From contig NZ_CP089977.1 in the NCBI RefSeq assembly GCF_025643275.1, positions 90,001 through 122,000 of the forward strand: a DNA stretch of 32,000 nt. Reading direction: 5' to 3'. Under the pieces are notes generated by a model. That model saw only the letters and a list, made by a program, of their open reading frames with translations. It was not told where the DNA came from and ran no database searches. This DNA comes from Moraxella nasicaprae (GTDB lineage Bacteria > Pseudomonadota > Gammaproteobacteria > Pseudomonadales > Moraxellaceae). The translations under genes and the position numbers were made by a program. This document shows positions 17,096 to 26,096 of the stretch, one piece after another (positions within the stretch are counted from its first letter, which is position 1; each line of letters begins with the position of its first letter).

Positions 17096-17930
17096 AACAA
17101 AGACTATTGCCATTTTATACATCGCCACAGGGCGTTATATTGTTTTTTGGGAGCATTTTTACCGCTCTGCCCAACAGTTTTTATTGCCTGATTGCCAAAA
17201 ACACTATTTTGTATTTACTGATAGCATCAATGAAATTGTGGGTGAACACGATGGCTATGTTACTCGCATCGCTCAAAATAAACTTGGCTGGCCTTATGAT
17301 ACCTTAATGCGATTTGATATGTTTTTGGGCATTCAAGATAAATTGCAATCCTTTGATTATGCTTATTTTTTTAATGGCAATAGCGAAATACTTTGCCCCA
17401 TTTATGCTGATGAATTTTTACCAAAAGGCGATAAACATCTATTGTTTGCCCATCAGCCGCATATGTTTCATTTAAACAAAAACAAATTTACTTATGACAG
17501 AAACCCACAATCCACCGCCTACATTCCCCAAGGTCAAGGACAGTATTATATTACAGGGGCGTTAAATGGTGGCAAAACTGCTCACTATTTACAAATGTGC
17601 CAAACATTATCAAACAATATTCATACCGACCTAAAACAGGACATCATCGCACTATGGCATGATGAAAGTCATCTTAACCATTATATTTTGGGGCGTGATG
17701 ATGTGATGATATTACCACCCTATTTTACCAAAGGCGAAAGCGAATATTGGAAAACCACTTCAAAAGTGATGTTTTCTGATAAGACACACCATCGCTTTGG
17801 CGGACATGCTTATTTGCGTGGCGAAACGGACGAAAAAATCAGTCAAGAGACTTGGGAAAAACAACATGGCAAACGAAAATCACATTACAAACTTAGACTC
17901 AAACAATACCTTAAATCACTTGTTTTGTGA
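17085..17930 (+). CDS. CAZy family 6 glycosyltransferase (ABO / alpha-1,3-Gal(NAc)-transferase-like)
   Basis: [40 protein letters not shown] aligns with human GTA [54 protein letters not shown] aligns with [26 protein letters not shown] aligns with [12 protein letters not shown]. N-G-N (17373-17381) sits where the vertebrate enzymes have D-V-D. The human sequence is recalled from memory. Confidence 0.85.
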   Translation: [281 protein letters not shown]

Positions 17931-18906
17931 TTGCCCTGAAAAAATTGCCCTAGATAAATGCCATCGATTTCCTTATCGTCCGTTGTATTTTGCGTTTACG
18001 CCAAAAAAACAGCGTCAGGCACAAAAATATCAGGTTGATTTGATACAAAAGCAACAATTGGCAAATGACTGGCGGATTTTTTTGCAAGCCTATTTTGCCA
18101 AGCAATTACCATTGTTTGAAATAAAACCCAAAAAAGAGTTTACTCATCAAAAGATTATTTGGCAATATTGGGGGCAAGGCATTGATGATAATTTGCCAGA
18201 TATTGTTAAAATGTGCTTTAAATCTGTGGATAAACACAAAGGGGATTTTATTGTCATTCGCCTAGATGATAATAATCTAAATGACTACTTAGAATTACCA
18301 GCATTCATCAATCAAAAAAGAAAAAATCCTGAATTTAAGCCTGCCTTTTTTGCTGATTTATTAAGGCTGGCTTTATTATATCATTATGGCGGTGTATGGC
18401 TTGATGCAACCATTTTATTAACCGCTCCGATAGATGAAATGCTCTTAGAGCAAGATTTTTTTATGTTTTCTCGTGATGAACAAGCAGAAAATCAAGATTT
18501 TTGGCAAGCGTTTAACTCTGATTATTTTGGCTGGCACAAAGGACATCATGTCAATATTTTAAATAGCTTTATCATTGCCAAAAAAGGCAATGAATGGGTC
18601 AAAGACTGCCTACAAATTTTGCTTAACTTTTGGCATACACAAAATCACATTCCTCATTATTTCTTTTTTCAGGTGATGTTTGATGTGTTGCAACAAGAAT
18701 ATGGGCATCATTATCAAGATTTTCTAAAAAAAGATGATACCATAACTCATCTGCTTATTGCTGCCATCAATGAGCCATTTGACCAGACGGCGTATCAGCA
18801 GATACTGAGCAAAACTGGCATTCATAAACTGACCTACATCAAAAGCTGCAAGGCAGGTTCTTATTACGAACGACTACGCCAAGAGATTTTGGGCTTGAAA
18901 ATATAA
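17866..18906 (+). CDS. GT32-like / capsular-polysaccharide-synthesis (Caps_synth, Gly_transf_sug) glycosyltransferase
   Basis: The motifs IIWQYWGQG...P and FFADLLRLALLYHYGGVWLDATILL match the GT32 signature (SD..R...L...GG.Y.D.D). The ATG at 17866 overlaps the GT6 gene by 65 nt. A TTG at 17920 is an alternative start. Confidence 0.7.
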   Translation: MANENHITNLDSNNTLNHLFCDCPEKIALDKCHRFPYRPLYFAFTPKKQRQAQKYQVDLIQKQQLANDWRIFLQAYFAKQLPLFEIKPKKEFTHQKIIWQYWGQGIDDNLPDIVKMCFKSVDKHKGDFIVIRLDDNNLNDYLELPAFINQKRKNPEFKPAFFADLLRLALLYHYGGVWLDATILLTAPIDEMLLEQDFFMFSRDEQAENQDFWQAFNSDYFGWHKGHHVNILNSFIIAKKGNEWVKDCLQILLNFWHTQNHIPHYFFFQVMFDVLQQEYGHHYQDFLKKDDTITHLLIAAINEPFDQTAYQQILSKTGIHKLTYIKSCKAGSYYERLRQEILGLKI

Positions 18907-18958
18907 AAAGCACCCTTATCTAATTGGCAGTTATTTTATTTTATACAAGGAATATTCT

Positions 18959-20005
18959 TTGAGCATCAGTCGCACACTTCATTTAGAGCTTAATACCAAC
19001 CAACTTCGTACTGTACTGGGCGAATACAATGCACATATTAAGTACTTACAAGAACGCCTAGATATTCAAATCAATGCTCGCCAAAACCAATTCATACTCA
19101 CTGGGGATTTGACCGCTGTGGAGCGTGGCGAAATCATCTTAAACAAACTTGCCGAACTTGCCTGCGAGCAAGACAGCATTGATGGCGAAGAGTTGCATTT
19201 GATTGTCCAGTCAAGTATGGCAAGAAATCAAGAAGAAAATCATTCAAAATCAAATGGTTATGCTGATGTTTCTTTGCGTACCCGCAAAGGAAAAATCACG
19301 CCTCGTGGCTACAACCAACAACAATATGTCAAAAAAATCTTAGTTTCTGATATTTCATTCGGTGTTGGCCCTGCTGGTACAGGCAAGACTTACCTTGCGG
19401 TGGCTTGTGCGGTGGATATGCTAGAAAGAGGCGAAATTGAGCGGATTTTATTGGTACGCCCTGCAGTGGAAGCTGGCGAAAAACTGGGATTTTTACCAGG
19501 CGATTTGACCCAAAAAATTGACCCCTATTTACGCCCTTTGTACGATGCTTTATATGAAATGCTGGGCTTTGAGAAAGTTGGCAAACTCATTGAACGCCAA
19601 ATTATTGAGGTTGCTCCACTTGCCTACATGCGTGGTCGTACGCTCAATAATTCTTTTGTGATTCTTGATGAAGCTCAAAACACCACCCCAGAACAGATGA
19701 AAATGTTCCTAACTCGCTTGGGTTTTGGCTCTCGTGCGGTCATTACAGGCGACATGACACAGGTCGATTTGCCTCGTGGGCATAAATCAGGTCTGTCACA
19801 AGCGTTGCATATTTTATCCAGCATTGACGAAATTCACATCACTCGTTTTGACAGTCAAGATGTGGTGCGTCATCATCTGGTGCAAAAAATCGTCCAAGCC
19901 TACGATGCTTTTGACGAAGAACAAGAAAAGCTCATTGCTGAGCGAAAAGCAGCCAGATTGGCTGAAAAACTCGCCCAAGAGCAAACGCCAGCACAAGATG
20001 CCTAA
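18959..20005 (+). CDS. phoH: PhoH-like ATPase (YbeZ)
   Basis: It uses a TTG start with AGGA 7 nt upstream. It has Walker A GPAGTGKTYLAV and the conserved blocks RPAVEAGEKLGFLPGD and ILDEAQNTT. ybeY follows, as in the conserved ybeZ-ybeY operon. Confidence 0.9.
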   Translation: MSISRTLHLELNTNQLRTVLGEYNAHIKYLQERLDIQINARQNQFILTGDLTAVERGEIILNKLAELACEQDSIDGEELHLIVQSSMARNQEENHSKSNGYADVSLRTRKGKITPRGYNQQQYVKKILVSDISFGVGPAGTGKTYLAVACAVDMLERGEIERILLVRPAVEAGEKLGFLPGDLTQKIDPYLRPLYDALYEMLGFEKVGKLIERQIIEVAPLAYMRGRTLNNSFVILDEAQNTTPEQMKMFLTRLGFGSRAVITGDMTQVDLPRGHKSGLSQALHILSSIDEIHITRFDSQDVVRHHLVQKIVQAYDAFDEEQEKLIAERKAARLAEKLAQEQTPAQDA

Positions 20006-20029
20006 TCTCATTTTACTCTGTGAACTGAT

Positions 20030-20527
20030 ATGACCAAGAATGTTGATTTGTATTTACAAGAAGATATTAAGTTTGCCCAGTTGCCCTTGCAGACGGATTA
20101 TCTGACCGAAGTGGTTGCCACGACTTTGGCACATCTTGATTTTGAGCAGGATGTTCAGATTGGCATCGCCTGCGTGGATAAAGATTATAGCCACGAGCTA
20201 AATTTGCAATACCGTCAAAAAGACAAACCCACCAATGTATTGTCATTTCCTAGCGACATCGATGATGCAATCATTGATGAAATGGGCGAATATCCTTTGG
20301 GTGATTTGGTGATTTGTCTTGAAGTGGTGCTACAAGAAAGCCTTGAACAAAACAAAACACCGATGGCACATTTTACACATCTGGTGGTGCATGGCGTATT
20401 GCATTTGCTTGGCTATGACCACGAAATTTCTGATGCTGACGCTGACGAAATGGAAGGCTTGGAGATTGACATTCTGGCAAAACTTGGTATTGATAATCCT
20501 TATCGTGATGACTTTATGATGGAGTGA
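20030..20527 (+). CDS. ybeY: rRNA maturation endoribonuclease YbeY
   Basis: It has the zinc-binding H-x3-H-x5-H motif [11 protein letters not shown] and NVLSFP. The 165-aa size and the position after phoH also fit. Confidence 0.92.
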   Translation: MTKNVDLYLQEDIKFAQLPLQTDYLTEVVATTLAHLDFEQDVQIGIACVDKDYSHELNLQYRQKDKPTNVLSFPSDIDDAIIDEMGEYPLGDLVICLEVVLQESLEQNKTPMAHFTHLVVHGVLHLLGYDHEISDADADEMEGLEIDILAKLGIDNPYRDDFMME

Positions 20528-20568
20528 TGGCTTGTTAATATGGCAGACATTACACCATGATAAGACAT

Positions 20569-20603
20569 AAAAAAACACCAACCATGATTGATTGGTGTTT
20601 TTT
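20569..20603. terminator. bidirectional rho-independent terminator after ybeY, convergent with rpiA
   Basis: The sequence is aaaaaaaCACCAA-ccatgattga-TTGGTGtttttt, with an A-tract upstream and a T-tract downstream of the stem. Confidence 0.75.
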
Positions 20604-20744
20604 AAATTTGATTAAAAGATGATGACTGACAAATATGGCACAATAACAATCTTTGGCAATCAGTTTGTCAGCAAGTGATTAAGCCTTGATGTTTTTTAAC
20701 CCATAGGAAAACCAGCTTAATACACTTTTTGATGATTTGGCGAT

Positions 20745-21410
20745 TTAGAATTTGACCGTATCCACGCCCTGCTCGCTTGCTTTAAGCATGATGTGTGCGG
20801 CTTGGGCAGCAAAGATGCCATTACATACCACGCCCACGATGTTATTGAGCTGAGCCTCTAACTGAGCTGGATTATCAATCTGCAATCCATAAGTATCTAA
20901 AATCACATTGCCATAATCAGTGACAAAACCCTCACGATACACAGGCTCACCGCCCATCTCCACCAATTTGCGAGCCACATAAGAGCGAGCTTGTGGCAAA
21001 ACTTCAATCGCCACAGGAAATTTACCCAAAGTCTTGACCGTCTTAGTGTCATCGACCATGCAGATGAATCTTTTGGAGGCAGCAGCGACGATTTTTTCAC
21101 GGGTTAATGCACCACCGCCACCTTTAATCATGTTACCCAAGTCATCAATCTCGTCTGCACCATCGATGTACAAATCAAGCTCGCCCACGCTATTAAGGTC
21201 AAAAATCTCAATGCCCAATGCACGCAGTTTGTCTTCTGTGACTTTTGAGCTTGATACCGCTCCTTTAAGCTTGACCGATGACAACAGCTCAATCAGGCAA
21301 TTAACCGTACTGCCTGTGCCAACACCCAAAATCATGTCATCTTCCACATAGTCCAAAGCAGCTGTGGCGGCGGCTTGTTTTTGGGCAAGTTTTGGGTCAA
21401 TTTGGCTCAT
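20745..21410 (-). CDS. rpiA: ribose-5-phosphate isomerase A
   Basis: The motifs are [28 protein letters not shown] and the C-terminal GVV..GIF. The start at 21410 (MSQIDPK) has AGGA 7 nt upstream and gives the canonical ~220 aa. I consider the 21449 start less likely. Confidence 0.92.
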   Translation of the reverse strand: MSQIDPKLAQKQAAATAALDYVEDDMILGVGTGSTVNCLIELLSSVKLKGAVSSSKVTEDKLRALGIEIFDLNSVGELDLYIDGADEIDDLGNMIKGGGGALTREKIVAAASKRFICMVDDTKTVKTLGKFPVAIEVLPQARSYVARKLVEMGGEPVYREGFVTDYGNVILDTYGLQIDNPAQLEAQLNNIVGVVCNGIFAAQAAHIMLKASEQGVDTVKF

Positions 21411-21461
21411 CGGATTGTCCTTTTGTATCAAAAAATCAGAGTTTGGCAAATTTTGGATAAA

Positions 21462-21570
<109 letters not shown>

Positions 21571-21577
21571 AAGCATT

Positions 21578-21605
21578 ATTATAACAAAATTTCAATGATT
21601 TGCAA
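21578..21605 (-). promoter_or_regulatory. sigma70-type promoter for ffs
   Basis: On the minus strand, TTGCAA (21600-21605) is followed by a 16-nt spacer and then TATAAT (21578-21583). The predicted RNA 5' end lies about 7 nt downstream. Confidence 0.65.
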
Positions 21606-21668
21606 GTGTTTTTTGGGGAATTTTAGACCCTTAACCACATTGATGATGACCATCGCCAAATCACGCTT

Positions 21669-22163
21669 TTATTGTGGCTGCATTGGCACAAAAGATGAGA
21701 TGCACTGACCCAAGCCCTCAGCAATGACGGTGGTCTCCACCACTCTGCATTCTGCCAATTCAAACCACGCAGGCGATGAACCATCGAGTAATGCCAACAT
21801 TTTGGCAACAATGGGCATGTGGCACACGACCGCCACCGTCTTATCGTCATCATCGCCAAATCTGTGTGTGATGGCATGAGCAATGTCGTCCAATGCCACC
21901 ATAGGGTCATCATCAGGCGTTATGCTGCTGATGGTCACAAAACTTGGGTTTTGACCATGCTCATTGGCGTGCTGCAATAAGATTTTTGCGGTCTGGTCGG
22001 CACGATTAAATGGGCTGGCGATGATTAAATCAAGCTCCTGTGTTGCCACAATCTGCTTGGCGGTTTGGACTGCTTGCTGCTGTCCAAAATCGGTCAAGTC
22101 TCGACCTGCATCATCATCGCAATAAGGAGCTGCTTGCCCGTGTCTGACAAAAAGTAATTTCAT
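21669..22163 (-). CDS. sixA: phosphohistidine phosphatase SixA
   Basis: MKLLFVRHGQA carries the histidine-phosphatase RHG motif, and the size is ~164 aa. GGGGTGGG lies upstream of the ATG at 22163, so I preferred it over 22184. Confidence 0.8.
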   Translation of the reverse strand: MKLLFVRHGQAAPYCDDDAGRDLTDFGQQQAVQTAKQIVATQELDLIIASPFNRADQTAKILLQHANEHGQNPSFVTISSITPDDDPMVALDDIAHAITHRFGDDDDKTVAVVCHMPIVAKMLALLDGSSPAWFELAECRVVETTVIAEGLGQCISSFVPMQPQ

Positions 22164-22186
22164 AATCCCACCCCTATGGTGCATGC

Positions 22187-23476
22187 TTATTCTGGTTGCG
22201 TCTTGGTATCGGCACTCTTTTGTAGCACTTGGCTAAATTCTTGACTTAGACGCTGATTGCTTTCATCTTGTGGCAAGACAAATTCAACATCACTACGAAA
22301 TCCAGTTTCCATCAGATTTAATGCCACACTCATGGCTGATTTGTTCTCATATAAAATGGCGTGTAAAGCGTGCGTGATGGGCATATACACGCCCATTTTT
22401 TGAGCCAGCGTATGCACTTGCTCGATGGTATTAACCCCTTCGGCAGTCTGTCCGAGTTTCTCAACCGCCTGCTCCAAGGTCATGCCTTTACCCAGCATAT
22501 TGCCCACCTGATAGTTTCGGCTGAGCGTTGAACTACAAGTTGCGTACAAGTCACCAACCCCTGACAGACCCAAAAAGGTCAAGGGATTGGCACCCACCGC
22601 CACACCAAAACGACTCATTTCTGCCAATGCACGAGTCAATAGCATTGCCTTAGTATTTTCCCCCACTTGATAAGCAGAAGACATACCCATCGCAATGGCA
22701 TAGATATTTTTTAAAGCACCGCCAAGTTCCACGCCTTTGACATCATCGCTGGCAAATACTCGGAAAAACGCCCCATGCAACGCTGTCTGTACTGCCGTAC
22801 GCAAGGCGTCAGATTGTGAAGCGATGACGGTGGCTGATGGCATATTATCCATGATTTCTGCTGCCAAATTTGGACCACTCATCACCCCAAAGTTCACCTC
22901 TGGCAAGACATCTTGGATAATGTCACTCATCAAGGCATAAGTCTGCTTTTCAATGCCTTTGGTCAAAGAAACCACCGCCTGATGCGTGATGAACGGCTTG
23001 ATGGACTGTAAAATCTCACGAAATGCTGAACTAGGTACTGCCACCAAAATCACATCAACACCAGTCACTGCCTGCTGTAAATCGTGACTGAATTTGAGGC
23101 TATTTTCTAGCTTGTGATTTGGCAAATACTTTTTGTTAATGTGAGTTCTACTCAAAGAACGCACGGTTTTTTTATCACGCACCCACAAAGTGACCTGACA
23201 GCCATTTTTGGCGGCCAAATTTGCCATTGCCGTACCAAAACTGCCACCGCCTAAGACTGCAATTTTTAGCTTGCCATCATCAGTTGGTGTCTGCATATCA
23301 ACTGGGTTGATTTTTTGTTTTGCTTTTTCGGCAAGATGAGCGATATTACCCAAAATCGGGGCATTTTGCAATTCAGCATCTTTAATCACATTGACCACAT
23401 CGTCCAGACCATGACTGGCGACATCGACCAACTTTTGTAATTTACCATGGGTCAGATTGGGTTTTTTTAATTTCAT
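22187..23476 (-). CDS. gpsA: NAD(P)H-dependent glycerol-3-phosphate dehydrogenase, with possible N- and C-terminal extensions
   Basis: KIAVLGGGSFGTAMA is the NAD-binding site. Other motifs are GPNLAAEI, KNIYAIAMG and GLSGVGDLYATCSS..SRN. The ORF stays open for 60 codons upstream of an alternative ATG at 23296, so the start is uncertain. Confidence 0.88.
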   Translation of the reverse strand: MKLKKPNLTHGKLQKLVDVASHGLDDVVNVIKDAELQNAPILGNIAHLAEKAKQKINPVDMQTPTDDGKLKIAVLGGGSFGTAMANLAAKNGCQVTLWVRDKKTVRSLSRTHINKKYLPNHKLENSLKFSHDLQQAVTGVDVILVAVPSSAFREILQSIKPFITHQAVVSLTKGIEKQTYALMSDIIQDVLPEVNFGVMSGPNLAAEIMDNMPSATVIASQSDALRTAVQTALHGAFFRVFASDDVKGVELGGALKNIYAIAMGMSSAYQVGENTKAMLLTRALAEMSRFGVAVGANPLTFLGLSGVGDLYATCSSTLSRNYQVGNMLGKGMTLEQAVEKLGQTAEGVNTIEQVHTLAQKMGVYMPITHALHAILYENKSAMSVALNLMETGFRSDVEFVLPQDESNQRLSQEFSQVLQKSADTKTQPE

Positions 23477-23627
23477 ACAGTTACCAATGATATTTGGTTA
23501 TTAATCAGCCAAGATAAGCCACCAAAATCATCAATGAATATCACGCCATCATCAATGTGTATTTTGGTAAAGATGGGTAAATCACACGCCCAACTTGGCA
23601 TCGTTTTTTTAAAATTGATGGTTGACT

Positions 23628-24203
23628 TTACTCAAAATATTGGACAAACTGCCCCAAGTCAATCGGCTCTCGTTCAGGCATCGCCACATCACTACTGCCT
23701 GCATAAATCATGCCACAAAGCGTATTGTCTTTGCTAATGCCAAAATATGCCTTGACTTGTGGCGTGTTACACAAAGGACCTGTTCTCCATACACTCTTAT
23801 AGCCCAGCGATTCTAAGGCAAGTAGGATATTTTGAGCGGCAGCACCTGCACTTAGCAGCTGCTCAAATTCTGGCACTTTTTCATGATGCTTAAAATCAGT
23901 CGCAAGCACAATCATCATTGGTGCTCGAAGTGGCATATTAAGGATTTTTTTGGTGGTTGCTTCGTCCAGAGTTTCACCCTTTGCCATCGCTTCTGCTTGG
24001 GCAGCTTGTAGTAATACTTCGCCCAAATCCACTAGGGATTGCCCTGTTAATACCCAAAATTGCCAAGGTTTTAGCTGCTTATGGTCAGGAGCGTTCAAGG
24101 CGGCATTTAGCACCAGTTGTAGCTCATCTTTTGATGGCATTGGCAAGGACAACTTACCAATACTGCGGCGATGATTGATGGTGTCAAGCACTGGATTGTT
24201 CAT
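23628..24203 (-). CDS. YdjA-like NAD(P)H nitroreductase family protein
   Basis: INHRRSIGKL...APDHKQLKPWQFWVL parallels E. coli YdjA (INRRSASRL...APDHKSMQPWRFFVI, from memory). AGGAAA lies upstream of the ATG. Confidence 0.8.
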   Translation of the reverse strand: MNNPVLDTINHRRSIGKLSLPMPSKDELQLVLNAALNAPDHKQLKPWQFWVLTGQSLVDLGEVLLQAAQAEAMAKGETLDEATTKKILNMPLRAPMMIVLATDFKHHEKVPEFEQLLSAGAAAQNILLALESLGYKSVWRTGPLCNTPQVKAYFGISKDNTLCGMIYAGSSDVAMPEREPIDLGQFVQYFE

Positions 24204-24229
24204 TTGCTGGGTTTCCTAACTGATTGGTT

Positions 24230-25327
24230 TTAATCAACTTTATGTTCAGCTGCCAAATAATCCTCTGATTGCATTTCTAGCAATCGGGAGCGAGTTCTTT
24301 CGATTTCAAAAGCAAGTTTTTCGCCTTGATACAACTCAATGATGGACTGTTCGGCACGCACCAATAGTTTGACACGGCGGTCATAAAATTCATCGACCAA
24401 ATAAATAAATCGGCGAGTGGCATCCATCAGCACATCATTTAAAAATGGCACATTATCCACCATCACGGTATCATAATCACTGGCAATCGCAATAAAATCA
24501 CTGGCAGAACGAGGCTGCATACAAATGGCACGAAAATCCACCAGTAGCATGGTTTCAGTGCGTTTGATGATGTCGATTGGTCGCTGGGCGATGATAATCG
24601 GGTCGGTGCTTACACTCTGCCCACCAGCCAACACATCAAATCTTTCGCTAAGCCAGCCATCGGTCTCTGCCGACAACGGAGAAACATACAGTTTGGCTTG
24701 TTTTAATAATCTTAGGCGATAATCAATCCCTGCGTCGATATTCATGACGGTGGTGTGTTTTTCGACTTGGGCGATGGCTGGTAAAAATCTGTCTCGATGA
24801 ATGCCGTTTTTGTACAATCCTGCTGGCTCAATATTAGAAGTCGCCACCAGCGTGATGCCTCTTTCAAACAACAGGGTAAACAAATCGCCCAAAATCATCG
24901 CATCAGACACATTGGAAACAAAAAATTCATCAAAACAAATGACCACCGCCTCATGATGAATGATGTCGGCGACTTTTTGGAGTGGATCGACTTGACCCTG
25001 CAAGGCAACCAGCTCTTTTTGCACTCGTTGCATGAAATGATGAAAATGCATACGCATTTTTTTCTCGATGGGCAGGCTTTCATAAAACATGTCCATCATC
25101 CAAGTCTTACCACGACCGACACCACCCCACATATACAGACCTTTTGGCGGGGTTGGTTTGGACTTGAATAAATTGGCAAACCAACCACCGCTTTGCTCTT
25201 GTGTCTTGACAAGCTGATGATACAGTTGGTCAAGGTAGGTTATCGCCGCCAACTGCACGCCATCTTCACTAAAATCGCCTGTCGCCAATGCTGCGTGATA
25301 GCGTTGTAATGGGGTCAAAGTTGCCAT
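24230..25327 (-). CDS. zapE: cell division protein ZapE (AFG1-like ATPase)
   Basis: It has the Walker A context GLYMWGGVGRGKTWMMDMFY and Walker B VICFDEFFVSNVSDAMIL. The 365-aa size is typical. Confidence 0.9.
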   Translation of the reverse strand: MATLTPLQRYHAALATGDFSEDGVQLAAITYLDQLYHQLVKTQEQSGGWFANLFKSKPTPPKGLYMWGGVGRGKTWMMDMFYESLPIEKKMRMHFHHFMQRVQKELVALQGQVDPLQKVADIIHHEAVVICFDEFFVSNVSDAMILGDLFTLLFERGITLVATSNIEPAGLYKNGIHRDRFLPAIAQVEKHTTVMNIDAGIDYRLRLLKQAKLYVSPLSAETDGWLSERFDVLAGGQSVSTDPIIIAQRPIDIIKRTETMLLVDFRAICMQPRSASDFIAIASDYDTVMVDNVPFLNDVLMDATRRFIYLVDEFYDRRVKLLVRAEQSIIELYQGEKLAFEIERTRSRLLEMQSEDYLAAEHKVD

Positions 25328-25333
25328 GAATAT

Positions 25334-25996
25334 TTATCCTTGTTCATCACATTTGCCAAAATAGGTTTCTAGGGCATGGCGAAGTTCAACCAGTTTACCA
25401 TGAAAAAAATGCCCCGTGTCAATCACGCTGGTCGGTATTTGTCTATGCTCGCCAAAGCGTGCCAATGCCAAAGGAGCAACCAGTTCGTCATGCTGACCAT
25501 AAATCAAGCAGGTGCTGTCCGCCTGCCAAGTTAATTGACTGGTGTCATGACGCACGATGGACGGTGCAATCAACGCCACGCCTGCCAGTTGCAGCTCAGC
25601 AAACTCCTCATCATTACTGACCGCATGAGCCAATCGACAAGTGATGAATCCACCAAAAGAAAAACCACCTAACCACACACGCGTGGCACCCGTCTGAGCC
25701 AGTGCGTAACGCAATGCCGTCAAACCATCGATGAATTCGCCTTCGCCATTGCCTGTGGTGCCTGTTGAAGCACCCACGCCACGAAAATTAAATCGTAACA
25801 CACTCATGCCTGCATCACGACAATAGCGAAATAGCGTACTGACAACCTTGTTATTCATCGTACCACCCTGCATTGGATTTGGGTGGCAAATGATGGCAAC
25901 GGTGTCGCTGTCTTGCCAGATGGCATCAATTTCAAGTTTGCCGTTGGGTGCATCGATGAGGGTGATTTGGCTGGGCTTAATGGTTTGGCTAAGCAT
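25334..25996 (-). CDS. alpha/beta-fold hydrolase (small, ~220 aa)
   Basis: It has the nucleophile elbow GFSFGG and an HPNPMQGGTMNNKV block. Conserved D (QHDELV) and H (TGHFFHG) residues are positioned for a catalytic triad. Confidence 0.75.
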   Translation of the reverse strand: MLSQTIKPSQITLIDAPNGKLEIDAIWQDSDTVAIICHPNPMQGGTMNNKVVSTLFRYCRDAGMSVLRFNFRGVGASTGTTGNGEGEFIDGLTALRYALAQTGATRVWLGGFSFGGFITCRLAHAVSNDEEFAELQLAGVALIAPSIVRHDTSQLTWQADSTCLIYGQHDELVAPLALARFGEHRQIPTSVIDTGHFFHGKLVELRHALETYFGKCDEQG

Positions 25997-26096
25997 ATAT
26001 TTAATGATTCAAATTTACTACTAAAATCTGTTCATTCTACCATAAAAACCTCATCGCCAAACCATGAATGTGTTGCATTTTATTGCAGACATCAAT

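Noticed and set aside
11633-18958. The glycan locus as a classical mobile genomic island
   Set aside because: I could see no integrase, transposase, IS remnant, tRNA attachment site or flanking direct repeats. The composition shift is internal to the operon, which fits recombinational cassette exchange better than a mobile element.
20624-20671. 8-bp inverted repeat CTGACAAA...TTTGTCAG with a 30-nt loop downstream of rpiA
   Set aside because: The stem is short and A/T-rich, the loop is large, and there is no adjacent U-tract. The terminator at 20569-20603 already accounts for termination of both convergent genes.
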